Shown one piece after another: positions 9,032-19,086 of a stretch of 64,000 nt of DNA. The stretch is from NCBI GenBank assembly GCA_030831315.1, contig JAURLI010000003.1:18884-82883 (forward strand). Reading direction: 5' to 3'. The notes below the pieces were generated by a model. The model did not search any database. It had not been told where the DNA came from and worked only from the letters and a program-made list of their open reading frames with translations. Positions within the stretch are counted from its first letter, which is position 1, and each line of letters begins with the position of its first letter. Source of the stretch: Alphaproteobacteria bacterium. GTDB lineage: Bacteria > Pseudomonadota > Alphaproteobacteria > SMXQ01. A program made the translations under genes and the position numbers.

Positions 9032-12022
9032 ATGAGCGAAACCGCTGCCACTGCCCCCGTTGCCAAACGCACCCGCGCGCGATCCCGCCCGGGCCGTGGT
9101 CCGGCGCGCGCAGCGGGCGACGAAATCGCCGTGTTTTCCGCACGCCTCGAAACCCTCGTCGCCGCCGACCGCCCGGCCTCGGAACTGCGCGGGCAGGTTC
9201 TTGCGCTCGCACGCGATACGCTTGCCGCCGAACGAGACAACGTGCGCGAGGCCTTCTTCGCCCATGAAATGACCGGCGCCGAAGTCGTCGTCGCCAATAC
9301 GCGCATCATCGACGGGTTGATCGTCGCGCTGTTCGAATTCGTCACGAGCGCGGTTTATCGCAGCGCCAATCCAACGCGCGGCGAACGCATGGCTCTGGTC
9401 GCCCAGGGCGGCTACGGGCGCGGCGAGCTCGCGCCGCAGTCGGACATCGATCTGCTGTTCGTGCTGCCTTACAAGAAGACGCCCTACAATGAACAGGTCA
9501 TCGAATACATTCTTTATCTTCTGTGGGATCTCGGCTTCAAGGTCGGCCAGGCGACGCGTTCGGTCGACGACTGCATGCGACTGGCCAAGGAAGACATCAC
9601 CATCCGAACGGCGCTGCTCGAGTCGCGCCTGATCGCGGGCGATACCGACCTTTATGAATCGCTGCGACGCCGTTTCCGCGCCGATGTCGTGGAAGGCACC
9701 GCGCCGGCCTTCGTCGAGGCCAAGCTTGCCGAACGCGACGAACGCCACCACCGCGTCGGCGACTCGCGCTACGTCCTTGAGCCAAACATCAAGGAAGGCA
9801 AGGGTGGCCTGCGCGACCTGCACACGCTTTTCTGGATCGCCAAATATACCTACGGGGTCGACGACGTTTCCCGGCTGGTCGAGCTCGGCGTCCTGTCAGA
9901 GCGCGAAGCGATGCGTTTCGCCAAGGCGCAGGACTTCCTGTGGACGATCCGCTGCTATCTTCACTATCTGACGGGACGCGAGGAAGACCGCCTCACCTTC
10001 GACATGCAGGAGCGCATCGCCGAACTGATGGGCTACACCGATCATGCCGGGACCCGCGGCGTCGAGCGTTTCATGAAACATTACTTCCTGTGGGCGAAGG
10101 AAGTCGGCGGCCTGACGCGCATCTTCTGCGCGGCGCTGGAAGAACAGAGCCGCCGCCGCCCACGCCTCAACTTCCGGTTCTGGCGCGGCGACGGCCGCAC
10201 CGTCGATGGTTTTGTCATCGAAAAAGGGCGTGTGCGCGTTGCCGACGACGAAGCCTTCGCCAGGGATCCGGTTGCGCTGATCCGACTTTTCCATGTCGCC
10301 CATCGCGAAGACGTCGACATCCACCCCGCGACCCTGAAATTGATCACCCGTTCCCTACCGCTGATCGGTGACAAGCTCCGGCGCAACAAGGACGCCAATG
10401 CCCTGTTCCTCGACCTGCTTGTCGACAAGCGCAATCCGGAAGTGGTTCTGCGCCGCATGAACGAGGCGGGCGTATTCGGTCGCTTCGTTCCCGACTTCGG
10501 CCGCGTCGTCGCGCAGATGCAGCACGACATGTATCACGTCTATACGGTGGACGAGCACACGATCTTCGCGCTCGGCATCCTGCACCGTATCGAACAGGGC
10601 GAGATGCAGGACGTCATGCCGGTGGCAAGCGAGATCATCGGCAAGATCGGTTCGCGCCGAGCTCTTTATGTCGGGCTGTTGCTGCACGACATCGCCAAGG
10701 GCCGCGGCGGCGACCATTCGGTGCTCGGCGCAAAGGTGGCCCAGCGGCTTGGTCCGCGCCTGGGCCTCAGCGCCGAGGAAACGGAAAGTGCCGCCTGGCT
10801 CGTGCGCAATCACCTCATCATGTCGAACACGGCGTTTCGCCGCGACATTGACGATCCGCAGACCGTCGCCGACTTCGTTGCCGGCGTGCAGTCGCCAGAA
10901 CGCCTGCGCATGTTGCTGTGCCTGACCGTCGCCGATATCCGCGCGGTTGGCCCCAACGTCTGGAACGGCTGGAAAGCGGCGCTCCTGCGCGAACTTTACT
11001 ACGCTTCCGAAGCGGTGATGTCGGGCCAGCTGTCGGGACGCGCCCGCGCCCAGCGCGCCGATGCCGCGCGCGATGCGCTGAAGGTGCAGCTCGCGGGCTG
11101 GACCGAACAGGAAAAGGAAGACTATGCATCGCGCGGCGCAGCTCCCTACTGGCTCGCCTTCGATACCGATACCCATCTCCGCCATGCGGCCATCGTGCGT
11201 CAGGCGGAACAGGGCGAAAACCTTCTGACCATCGACCTGCATGTCGATGCGTTCCGCGCCGTAACGGAAGTGACGGTCTACACCGTGGACGATGCGGGCC
11301 TGTTCTCGCGCATTGCAGGCGCGATCGCCCTTGCGGGCGCCAATATCGTCGACGCGAAGATCTTCACGCTGACCAACGGCATGGCGCTCGACAGCTTCTG
11401 GGTGCAGGACATCGATGGCCAGCCTGTCACCGAACCGGCGGCGCTTCGCCGCCTGAAGGACACGCTCGAAAAGGTCATTTCGAAAAGCCGCAGGCTCGGC
11501 CGCAAGTTGCGTCTCAAGGCGACGCTGCCTGCGCGCACGCGCGTGTTTCGTGACCAGCCGCGCGTGGTGATCGACAACAAAGCTTCGAATACCTACTCGG
11601 TGATCGAGGTCAACGGCCGTGACCGACCGGGTTTTCTTTACGACGTCACCCATGCGCTGACGGAACTCAACCTCCAGATTTCTTCGGCGAAGATTTCGAC
11701 CTACGGCACGCGCGCCGTCGACGTTTTCTACGTAAAGGATATTTTCGGCCTCAAGATCACCCACGAAACGCGGCTCGAAACCATCCGCCAGCGCCTGCTC
11801 GAAGCCATCGTCGAGGCCGAGGAAGAAACGCCGCCCCCCGCCAAGAAGGCGGACGCAGCCGAGAAGGCCGCACCAGAGGACGTGCCGAAGCCCAAGCCCG
11901 CGCTGCGCTCGCGTCCCGATGCCACGCCGCGCTCCAAGCCCAAGCCCAAGGGAAAGACGGCTACCCGCAGTGGTGCGGCGGCATCCGGGGCCAAGCCGGG
12001 CCCCAAGGGCAAGGCGCGGTGA
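9032..12022 (+). CDS. glnD: [Protein-PII] uridylyltransferase / uridylyl-removing enzyme
   Basis: GGYGRGELAPQSDIDL, EPNIKEGKGGLRD, YHVYTVDEH, HD motif LLHDIAKG and two ACT domains. Confidence 0.97.
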   Translation: MSETAATAPVAKRTRARSRPGRGPARAAGDEIAVFSARLETLVAADRPASELRGQVLALARDTLAAERDNVREAFFAHEMTGAEVVVANTRIIDGLIVALFEFVTSAVYRSANPTRGERMALVAQGGYGRGELAPQSDIDLLFVLPYKKTPYNEQVIEYILYLLWDLGFKVGQATRSVDDCMRLAKEDITIRTALLESRLIAGDTDLYESLRRRFRADVVEGTAPAFVEAKLAERDERHHRVGDSRYVLEPNIKEGKGGLRDLHTLFWIAKYTYGVDDVSRLVELGVLSEREAMRFAKAQDFLWTIRCYLHYLTGREEDRLTFDMQERIAELMGYTDHAGTRGVERFMKHYFLWAKEVGGLTRIFCAALEEQSRRRPRLNFRFWRGDGRTVDGFVIEKGRVRVADDEAFARDPVALIRLFHVAHREDVDIHPATLKLITRSLPLIGDKLRRNKDANALFLDLLVDKRNPEVVLRRMNEAGVFGRFVPDFGRVVAQMQHDMYHVYTVDEHTIFALGILHRIEQGEMQDVMPVASEIIGKIGSRRALYVGLLLHDIAKGRGGDHSVLGAKVAQRLGPRLGLSAEETESAAWLVRNHLIMSNTAFRRDIDDPQTVADFVAGVQSPERLRMLLCLTVADIRAVGPNVWNGWKAALLRELYYASEAVMSGQLSGRARAQRADAARDALKVQLAGWTEQEKEDYASRGAAPYWLAFDTDTHLRHAAIVRQAEQGENLLTIDLHVDAFRAVTEVTVYTVDDAGLFSRIAGAIALAGANIVDAKIFTLTNGMALDSFWVQDIDGQPVTEPAALRRLKDTLEKVISKSRRLGRKLRLKATLPARTRVFRDQPRVVIDNKASNTYSVIEVNGRDRPGFLYDVTHALTELNLQISSAKISTYGTRAVDVFYVKDIFGLKITHETRLETIRQRLLEAIVEAEEETPPPAKKADAAEKAAPEDVPKPKPALRSRPDATPRSKPKPKGKTATRSGAAASGAKPGPKGKAR

Positions 12023-12073
12023 TGCGTTCCGTGCTATCCCTGTTTTCGGCAACGATCACCTGACGCGCTTTTC

Positions 12074-13654
12074 ATGGCCCTTCTGCGATCCATCACTACC
12101 GTCGGCGGCTATACGCTTCTTTCGCGGCTGCTGGGATTCCTGCGCGACGTTCTGTTCGCGGCGGTGCTTGGCGCCTCGACCGCGGCAGACGCGTTCTTCG
12201 TCGCCTTCAAGTTTCCGAACCTGTTTCGCCGCCTGTTCGCCGAAGGCGCGTTCTCGGCCGCCTTCGTGCCTATGTTCGCGGGGCTGCTGACGACGGCGGG
12301 AGAAAAACCGGCACGCCGCTTTGCCGAGGAATCCTTGGCGGTCCTGCTCGCGGTGCTGGTGGTCTTCGTCTGCATTCTGGAAATCCTGATGCCCTGGCTG
12401 ATGCTGGTCATCGCGCCGGGCTTTCGCGCCGATCCCGGAAAGTTCGCACTGGCGATCGACCTGACCCGCATCACGCTGCCTTATCTGCTGTTCATTTCGC
12501 TCGTTGCATTGATGGGCGCGATCCTCAATGCCTACGACAAGTTCGCCGCCGCCGCCGCGGCACCTGTCGTGCTCAACCTCGTGCTGATCGCCGCAGCACT
12601 CGGCTGGCAGCTTTATACGCACACGCCCGCGCGCGGGCTTGCCTGGGGCATTGCCGTTGCCGGTGTCCTGCAATTCGCCTGGCTCGGCATCGCCCTTGCG
12701 CGTCACGGGTTCGTCATGCGTTTGCGCTGGCCGCGCCTGACGCCCGATGTGAAGAAACTGCTGCGCCTGATGTTGCCGGTCGCATTCGGTGCGGGCATCT
12801 ACCAGATCAACGTCGTTATCGACGTCATCATCGCGTCGTTCCTGCCGACGGGATCGATTTCCTACCTTTATTATGCCGACCGCGTGAACCAGCTGCCACT
12901 CGGCGTCATCGGCATCGCCGTGGCGACGGCGCTGTTGCCGCTGATGAGCCGCCAGATCCGCGCCGGCAACGAGGCCGAAGCGCTGATGAGCCAGAACCGC
13001 GCCGTCGAATTCGCGGCGTTCCTGACCGTGCCTGCTGCCTTCGCCCTTGTCGCTGCGGCCGGTCCTATCGTGTCGGGGCTTTTCGGGCGCGGCCTGTTCG
13101 GAACGGCGGCGCAGGAAGCGACGGCGCTGGCGCTCGCGGCTTATGCGCTTGGCTTGCCCGCCTATGTGCAGGTGAAGGTTCTGTCGACGGCTTTCTTCGC
13201 CCGCGAGGATACGGCAACGCCGGTCAAGGTCGGGGTCGTCGCCCTGTTCGTCAATCTGGGTGTGGCGCTGGTCCTGATGTGGCCGCTCGGCCATGTCGGC
13301 ATCGCCCTTGCCACTTCGACGGCGGCCTGGGTCAATGCGGGGCTGTTGGCCTGGCTGCTCGGCCGCCGCGGCCGCCTTGCTCCCGATGCCCGGCTGAAAC
13401 GCAAGCTGCCGCGTATCGCGCTCGCCTCCGTCGTCATGGCGGGGGCTGTGGCGGGAATCGTTCATTCGCTGCCCGATGCCGGCAGTTGGGCCGAGGGCCT
13501 GCGGTTTGCCTATCTGGCGGCCCTCGTGGCGGGTGGAGTTGTGCTTTATGGGGCGCTTGCCTTTCTGGGCGGTGCCATTACCCGGGACGAATTGCGCGCA
13601 GCGCTGACCCGCAACCGCGGGCCGGAACCCGGCCCGGGGACGGGTGTTGCTTGA
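12074..13654 (+). CDS. murJ: Lipid II flippase MurJ (MviN)
   Basis: LLSRLLGFLRD, FRRLFAEGAFSAAFVP and YYADRVNQLPLG; many transmembrane segments. Confidence 0.96.
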   Translation: MALLRSITTVGGYTLLSRLLGFLRDVLFAAVLGASTAADAFFVAFKFPNLFRRLFAEGAFSAAFVPMFAGLLTTAGEKPARRFAEESLAVLLAVLVVFVCILEILMPWLMLVIAPGFRADPGKFALAIDLTRITLPYLLFISLVALMGAILNAYDKFAAAAAAPVVLNLVLIAAALGWQLYTHTPARGLAWGIAVAGVLQFAWLGIALARHGFVMRLRWPRLTPDVKKLLRLMLPVAFGAGIYQINVVIDVIIASFLPTGSISYLYYADRVNQLPLGVIGIAVATALLPLMSRQIRAGNEAEALMSQNRAVEFAAFLTVPAAFALVAAAGPIVSGLFGRGLFGTAAQEATALALAAYALGLPAYVQVKVLSTAFFAREDTATPVKVGVVALFVNLGVALVLMWPLGHVGIALATSTAAWVNAGLLAWLLGRRGRLAPDARLKRKLPRIALASVVMAGAVAGIVHSLPDAGSWAEGLRFAYLAALVAGGVVLYGALAFLGGAITRDELRAALTRNRGPEPGPGTGVA

Positions 13655-13707
13655 CCGGCACGCGGATTTGAGGCGATAAACCCCGCCGTTGGGTTAGGGA
13701 CGAGGCC

Positions 13708-14706
13708 ATGAACCGAATTTTCTCAGGCGTGCAGCCGACCGGGAACCTGCATCTCGGAAATTATCTGGGCGCCATCCGCAACTGGGTGGCGCTCCAGCAT
13801 GACTACGACTGCATCTTCTGCATCGTGGATCTGCACGCGTTGACGGTTGCCCAGCGGCCCGAGGAGTTGCGCGCCAATACGCGCGAAGTCACGGCGGCCT
13901 ATATTGCGGCTGGCATCGATCCCGACCGCTGCATCATCTTCAACCAGTCGGCGGTGCCCGGCCATTCGGAGCTCGCCTGGCTGCTCGGCTGTATCACGCC
14001 GCTCGGCTGGCTCAACCGCATGACCCAGTTCAAGGAAAAGGCGGGCCGCCACCGCGAGAACGCGGGCCTTGGGCTTTATTCCTATCCGGTGCTGATGGCC
14101 GCCGACATCCTGCTCTACAAGGCGACTCACGTGCCGGTGGGCGAGGACCAGAAGCAGCACCTCGAGCTTTCGCGCGATATCGCCGGCGCCTTCAACCGCC
14201 AGTACGACACCGAATTCTTCCCGCTGCCCGAGCCCCAGATCCTTGGCGAGGCGACCCGCGTCATGAGTCTGCGCGACGGCAGCGCCAAGATGAGCAAGTC
14301 CGACCCATCCGCCTACTCGCGCATCAACATGACGGACGATGCCGATACCATCGCCCTCAAGGTGCGTAAGGCCAAGACCGACCCCGAACCGTTGCCGAGC
14401 GAGGCCAAGGGCCTTGAAAACCGGCCCGAGGCCGCCAACCTGGTCAATATCTATGCGGCACTTTCCGGGATGTCGAAGGACGCGGTGCTCAATGAGTTCG
14501 GCGGCAAGATGTTCTCGGCCTTCAAGCCGGCGCTCTCCGATCTCGCTGTGGCGAAGCTCGGCCCCATCGGCCAGGAAATGACGCACCTGCTCAAGGATCG
14601 CGGCCTCATCGACGGGATCCTGCGCAAGGGTGCCGAGCGCGCCGGTGAAATCGCCCGCGCCCACATGGCGCAGATGCACGACATCATCGGCATCCTGCGG
14701 CCCTGA
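13708..14706 (+). CDS. trpS: Tryptophan--tRNA ligase
   Basis: [22 protein letters not shown] and KMSKS. Confidence 0.97.
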   Translation: MNRIFSGVQPTGNLHLGNYLGAIRNWVALQHDYDCIFCIVDLHALTVAQRPEELRANTREVTAAYIAAGIDPDRCIIFNQSAVPGHSELAWLLGCITPLGWLNRMTQFKEKAGRHRENAGLGLYSYPVLMAADILLYKATHVPVGEDQKQHLELSRDIAGAFNRQYDTEFFPLPEPQILGEATRVMSLRDGSAKMSKSDPSAYSRINMTDDADTIALKVRKAKTDPEPLPSEAKGLENRPEAANLVNIYAALSGMSKDAVLNEFGGKMFSAFKPALSDLAVAKLGPIGQEMTHLLKDRGLIDGILRKGAERAGEIARAHMAQMHDIIGILRP

Positions 14707-14823
14707 TCCGGCGGCTCCGATCCGGCAGGCCACGCGGCCCTTTTTCCCTTGCGCTTTGGGGCGCGCGGGCGCACAACGGAAACGATCCTAGAACAAGGTA
14801 ACCGCGGCGTTCCGGCCGAACCC

Positions 14824-15744
14824 ATGCAGATTTATCTGCCTATCGCCGAAATTTCCCTCAACGTGTTCCTGCTTTTGGGAATGGGGGGCGCGGTCGGATT
14901 CCTGTCCGGCCTGTTCGGCGTTGGCGGCGGCTTCCTGATGACGCCGCTCCTGATCTTTACCGGCGTGCCGCCGGCGGTTGCCGTCGCGACGGAAGCGAAC
15001 CAGGTTGTCGCCGCATCGGTTTCCGGCGTCCTCGCCCATTGGCGGCGCGGCAACGTCGATTTCAAGATGGGCGCCGTGCTGCTGGTGGGCGGCGTTGGCG
15101 GTTCCGCCTTCGGTGTCTGGCTCTATTCGATCCTGCGCGGTCTCGGCCAGCTCGACCTCGTCATCGCGCTCAGCTACGTCATTTTCCTCGGCATCATCGG
15201 GTCGCTGATGCTGGTCGAATCGGGCCGCGCCATCCTGCGAAAACGCAACTCCGGTGCCGGCGCGCGCAAGCTGCACCAGCACACCTGGCTGCACGGGCTG
15301 CCGTTCAAGATGCGCTTTCGCAAGTCGAAACTCTATATTTCGGCGCTGCTGCCGCTGCTGATCGGTTTTCTTGTCGGCATCCTGTCGGCGATCATGGGTG
15401 TTGGCGGCGGGTTCATGCTGGTGCCGGCGATGATCTATCTGCTCGGCATGCCGACCATCACGGTCGTCGGCACCTCGCTGTTCCAGATCATTTTCGTCAC
15501 CGCGACGGTGACATTCCTGCAGGCCGCCCATAACCAGACCGTCGACGTCATGCTGGCGCTGATCCTGCTGACAGGCAGCGTTATCGGCGCCCAGTTCGGA
15601 TCGCGCTTCGCGGGCCGCCTGCCCGGCGAACAGTTGCGCGGGCTGCTGGCACTGATGGTCTTGGCGGTCGCCATCAAGATTATTTTTGATCTCGTGACCC
15701 AGCCTGCGGACCTGTTCTCGCTCGGCACGGCGGGGGGCGGCTGA
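14824..15744 (+). CDS. Sulfite exporter TauE/SafE family membrane protein
   Basis: MQIYLPIAE start; duplicated G(L/I)xGVGGGF motif; about 8 transmembrane helices. Confidence 0.9.
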   Translation: MQIYLPIAEISLNVFLLLGMGGAVGFLSGLFGVGGGFLMTPLLIFTGVPPAVAVATEANQVVAASVSGVLAHWRRGNVDFKMGAVLLVGGVGGSAFGVWLYSILRGLGQLDLVIALSYVIFLGIIGSLMLVESGRAILRKRNSGAGARKLHQHTWLHGLPFKMRFRKSKLYISALLPLLIGFLVGILSAIMGVGGGFMLVPAMIYLLGMPTITVVGTSLFQIIFVTATVTFLQAAHNQTVDVMLALILLTGSVIGAQFGSRFAGRLPGEQLRGLLALMVLAVAIKIIFDLVTQPADLFSLGTAGGG

Positions 15745-16508
15745 TGATCCGGGGTTTCCTCCATCGCGCTGTTCTGGCGGGCTTTGTGCTGGCGGGGGTT
15801 CTTGTCGCATCGATGATGCAACAGGCCCGCGCCCAGCAGGTGGTGGCGGACCTGTCGCGTCACCTCGTTGCCATCACGACCGGCTTCATCGGCACCGAAG
15901 TGCTTTTGTTTGGTGCCACCGACGGCGATGGTGACGTAGTGGTGATCGTGCGCGGCCCGGACCGGCGCGAGGTTGTGCGGCGCAAGGATCGCATCGCCGG
16001 TATCTGGGTCAACGCCGGGCAGGTCTCGTTCAATGCGGCGCCGGCCTTCTATGCCGTCGCCACGTCGCGGCCCGTGACCGAAATCGTTCCCCAGCGGCTG
16101 CTCGCTCGCCATCGCATCGGGACGGACAATCTTGATCTCAGGCCCGGCGCAGCGGTCGATGCGAAGTTGCTCGCCGAATACAGGGCAGGTTTCATCCGCA
16201 ACAAGGTGCGTAAGGGCCTGTACATGGAAAAGCCGGGCGGTGTGACCTTCCTCGGCAATCGCCTGTTCCGTACCAATCTTTATTTCCCGGCCAATGTGCC
16301 GACCGGCACCTATACCGTCGAAGTCCTGCAGGTGCGCCAGGGGCGCGTGGTCAGCGCGCAGACGACGCCGCTGCTGATTTCCAAGATCGGCCTTGGTGCG
16401 GAAGTGTACCGGTTCGCGCACCGTTACTCGGCGTTTTACGGGATCATCGCAATTCTCATCGCGCTGGCGGCCGGCTGGACCGCGGGCGCCGTCTTCCGAA
16501 AGGCCTGA
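15744..16508 (+). CDS. Conserved alphaproteobacterial membrane protein (TIGR02186-like)
   Basis: Signal-like N-terminus; VADLS...ITTGFIG.EVLLFGA, VRRKDRIAGIWVN and PANVPTGTY; C-terminal TM helix; overlaps the tauE stop (TGATG). Confidence 0.82.
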   Translation: MIRGFLHRAVLAGFVLAGVLVASMMQQARAQQVVADLSRHLVAITTGFIGTEVLLFGATDGDGDVVVIVRGPDRREVVRRKDRIAGIWVNAGQVSFNAAPAFYAVATSRPVTEIVPQRLLARHRIGTDNLDLRPGAAVDAKLLAEYRAGFIRNKVRKGLYMEKPGGVTFLGNRLFRTNLYFPANVPTGTYTVEVLQVRQGRVVSAQTTPLLISKIGLGAEVYRFAHRYSAFYGIIAILIALAAGWTAGAVFRKA

Positions 16509-16511
16509 GCC

Positions 16512-17027
16512 ATGGCAAATCCAGACGCGAGCCGCGACCGGACCGAAGAAAAGCCCCATGACGGCAAGGAGCGCATCTTCCTTGTCGTCGTCGACAACAC
16601 GGTCGAGCATCACAAGGCGCTGCGTTTCGCCGCCTTGCGCGCCCGGCGCACCGGGGGCCGCGTGGCATTGCTCTATGTCATCGAGCCCGCCGAGTTCCAG
16701 CACTGGATGGCGGTCGAAAACCTGATGCGCGAGGAGCGCCGCCAGGAGGCCGAAGCACTTTTGCAGTCGGTCTCCGAAGAGGTCCAGCAGCTCTCGGGCA
16801 TGACGCCCGTGTACTACCTGCGCGAGGGCAAGGTGCACGAAGAGCTGCTCAAGCTGATCGAGGAGGAAAGAAGCATTTCGATCCTCGTGCTTGCCGCCGG
16901 AACCGACAAGAAGGGACCCGGACCACTGGTCTCGCAGCTTGCCGGAAAGATGTCGGGAACCCTGCCGATCCCGGTCACGATCGTTCCCGGGAACCTGTCG
17001 AACGAAGAAATCGACGCCCTGACCTGA
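16512..17027 (+). CDS. Universal stress protein (UspA family)
   Basis: FLVVVD, ALRFAALRA, LVLAA and GPGPLV...IPVTIVPG. Confidence 0.88.
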   Translation: MANPDASRDRTEEKPHDGKERIFLVVVDNTVEHHKALRFAALRARRTGGRVALLYVIEPAEFQHWMAVENLMREERRQEAEALLQSVSEEVQQLSGMTPVYYLREGKVHEELLKLIEEERSISILVLAAGTDKKGPGPLVSQLAGKMSGTLPIPVTIVPGNLSNEEIDALT

Positions 17028-17162
17028 TCAAAATCTGTTGTATTTCCGCAACAACGCGATTCTTCGTTGCGATTATTCATTTCTTTGAGAACGAAAATTT
17101 CGGGCCAGCGGCATAATCGCACGTGTTAAGGTTAACCCACTGAAATCCAATAACAAAATTAC

Positions 17163-17191
17163 CTTGATTTTGATCGACTTTGTCCCCAATT
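17163..17191 (+). promoter_or_regulatory. RpoH (sigma32)-like promoter upstream of the nfu gene
   Basis: CTTGAT (17163-68), 15-nt spacer, CCCCAAT (17184-90). Confidence 0.5.
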
Positions 17192-17295
17192 TCTCTCCGT
17201 GACCGTCACCGGGGCTGCCTCAGTTTTGCCCCGTGACCGTGACAGGGTCCCCCGGGGCCGATGGCGCGGCCAACTTGGAAACAGGCGTAACGCAG

Positions 17296-17844
17296 ATGTT
17301 TATCCAGACGGAGCAGACACCGAATCCCGCGACCCTCAAGTTCATTCCCGGCCGTGCCGTGATGGACAAGGGTACCGCGGACTTTCCCGCACCTTCGCCG
17401 GGCGCATCGCCGCTTGCCGACCGGCTGTTCGCGGTGGATGGCGTGGCCCGTGTTTTCCTTGGCTCGGATTTCATTTCCGTCACCAAGGATGAGGCGCGCG
17501 AGTGGACGTCGCTCAAGCCGATGGTGCTCGGCGCCATCATGGAGCATTTCACCTCGGGAGCGCCGGCGGTTGCCGAAGCTGGTGGCGAGGACGGCGAATT
17601 TTCGGAGGCGGACGGCGAAGTCGTCGCCCAGATCAAGGAACTGCTGGACACCCGCGTGCGTCCGGCGGTGGCCCAGGACGGCGGCGATATCGTGTTCCGC
17701 CGCTATGAGGAAGGCATTGTTTATCTTCGGATGCAGGGATCGTGCTCGGGTTGCCCGAGTTCATCGGCAACCCTCAAGGTCGGCATCGAGAACATGCTGA
17801 AGCACTATATTCCGGAGATCAGGGAAGTCCGGCCTGCGGAATAA
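17296..17844 (+). CDS. nfuA: NifU/Nfu-type Fe-S cluster carrier
   Basis: MFIQTEQTPNPATLKF N-domain; VRPAVAQDGGD and GSCSGCPSS (CxxC). Confidence 0.93.
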   Translation: MFIQTEQTPNPATLKFIPGRAVMDKGTADFPAPSPGASPLADRLFAVDGVARVFLGSDFISVTKDEAREWTSLKPMVLGAIMEHFTSGAPAVAEAGGEDGEFSEADGEVVAQIKELLDTRVRPAVAQDGGDIVFRRYEEGIVYLRMQGSCSGCPSSSATLKVGIENMLKHYIPEIREVRPAE

Positions 17845-17954
17845 GGGGCAGAAAGCCCCGTTCGGGACGGACACGCATTTTGGTTGCGTTGGTGTTAATA
17901 AGGACTGGTCGGTTGGGGACGGCCATTTGCAGCGATCTGAAAGGATTGTCGGAA

Positions 17955-19025
17955 ATGGCGAGGACAGGAATGACGAAGGCTTTAGACAGGTTGCGAGACA
18001 TCGCCGCCGCTTTCACATCCACCCGGGCGTTTTTACGGGATCCGAAGATCGGGGCCACTGCCGCGATCGTGGGCGCCGTCGCGCTCGCTATCGTGACGAC
18101 ACCCGCGTCGATGCCCGTGCCCGATGACGGGCTCTGGTACGATCCGGACGGGCGCATCGTCGTCGAACACAAGACAGCTGCCCGTGACGTGCAGAAGCCC
18201 AAGGGCGTCACCGTGGTTCCGGGCAGCGCGCGCAAGCTCTACAAGGATTTCCGGGGAATCGGTTATCGCCTTGAAGACGTCATGGCGGGCACCGAAAGCG
18301 TGCCGCGTGTATTCGTCAAGGCGATGCCGCACGATCTGCGCCGCCTCAATTCCGCGGAAACGCGCAAGCAGGTCTTCATCAAGACCATGCTGCCGCTCAT
18401 TCTCCGCGTGAACGAGGAACTGCGCCAGAACCGCGCCCGCATCGCCGAACTGACCAATCGCATGGCCGAAGGCGGTCAGCTCACCCGCACCGAGAGCCGT
18501 TGGCTCGCGGCCCAGTATGAACGTCACGAGGTGAAGCCGGGTAACGCGCGCCTGCTGCTGCGCCGCGTCGATGTGATCCCGCCGTCCCTGGCGCTTGCCC
18601 AGGCGGCAGAGGAATCGGGGTGGGGTACCTCGCGTTTCGCGCAGGAAGGCCGCGCGCTCTTCGGTCAGCGTACGACGGCCTCGGGCATCGGCCTGATCCC
18701 CGAAGCCCACGCCGAAGATGCAGGCATCAAGGTCAAGTCCTTCGACGAGCTGCTCGAAGGGGTGCGGTCCTATGCCCGCAACCTGAACACGCACAACGCC
18801 TATGCGGATTTCCGCAAGGTGCGCGCCAAGATGCGCGAATCGTCGCGCGACACCAGCGGCATCAATTCCATGCGCCTGATCGAGACGCTGGAAAGCTATT
18901 CCGCGCGCGGCAAGGAGTACATCGACACGATCAAGAGCATCATCCGCGTGAACAACCTGCGCAGCCTCGACGGCGCAAGGTTGTCGGAAAATGTGCCGAG
19001 CGGCGCGACGCGTCTCGGTACCTGA
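17955..19025 (+). CDS. Bax-like glucosaminidase (GH73) domain protein with N-terminal membrane anchor
   Basis: VDVIPPSLALAQAAEESGWGTSRFA, NLNTHNAY and YSARG..Y; hydrophobic segment near the N-terminus; start could be 17970. Confidence 0.87.
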   Translation: MARTGMTKALDRLRDIAAAFTSTRAFLRDPKIGATAAIVGAVALAIVTTPASMPVPDDGLWYDPDGRIVVEHKTAARDVQKPKGVTVVPGSARKLYKDFRGIGYRLEDVMAGTESVPRVFVKAMPHDLRRLNSAETRKQVFIKTMLPLILRVNEELRQNRARIAELTNRMAEGGQLTRTESRWLAAQYERHEVKPGNARLLLRRVDVIPPSLALAQAAEESGWGTSRFAQEGRALFGQRTTASGIGLIPEAHAEDAGIKVKSFDELLEGVRSYARNLNTHNAYADFRKVRAKMRESSRDTSGINSMRLIETLESYSARGKEYIDTIKSIIRVNNLRSLDGARLSENVPSGATRLGT

Positions 19026-19044
19026 TCGCGGCGTTTTTCCGTTG

Positions 19045-19077
19045 AAAAAGGCCCCCGGTTGAACGGGGGCCTTTTTT
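19045..19077. terminator. Bidirectional rho-independent terminator
   Basis: AAAAAGGCCCCCG-GTTGAA-CGGGGGCCTTTTTT between convergent genes. Confidence 0.9.
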
Positions 19078-19086
19078 ATTGCCCGG

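Noticed and set aside
17120-17140. CtrA box (GTTAAGGTTAAC)
   Set aside because: The TTAA half-sites are 2 bp apart rather than 7; at most a half-site.
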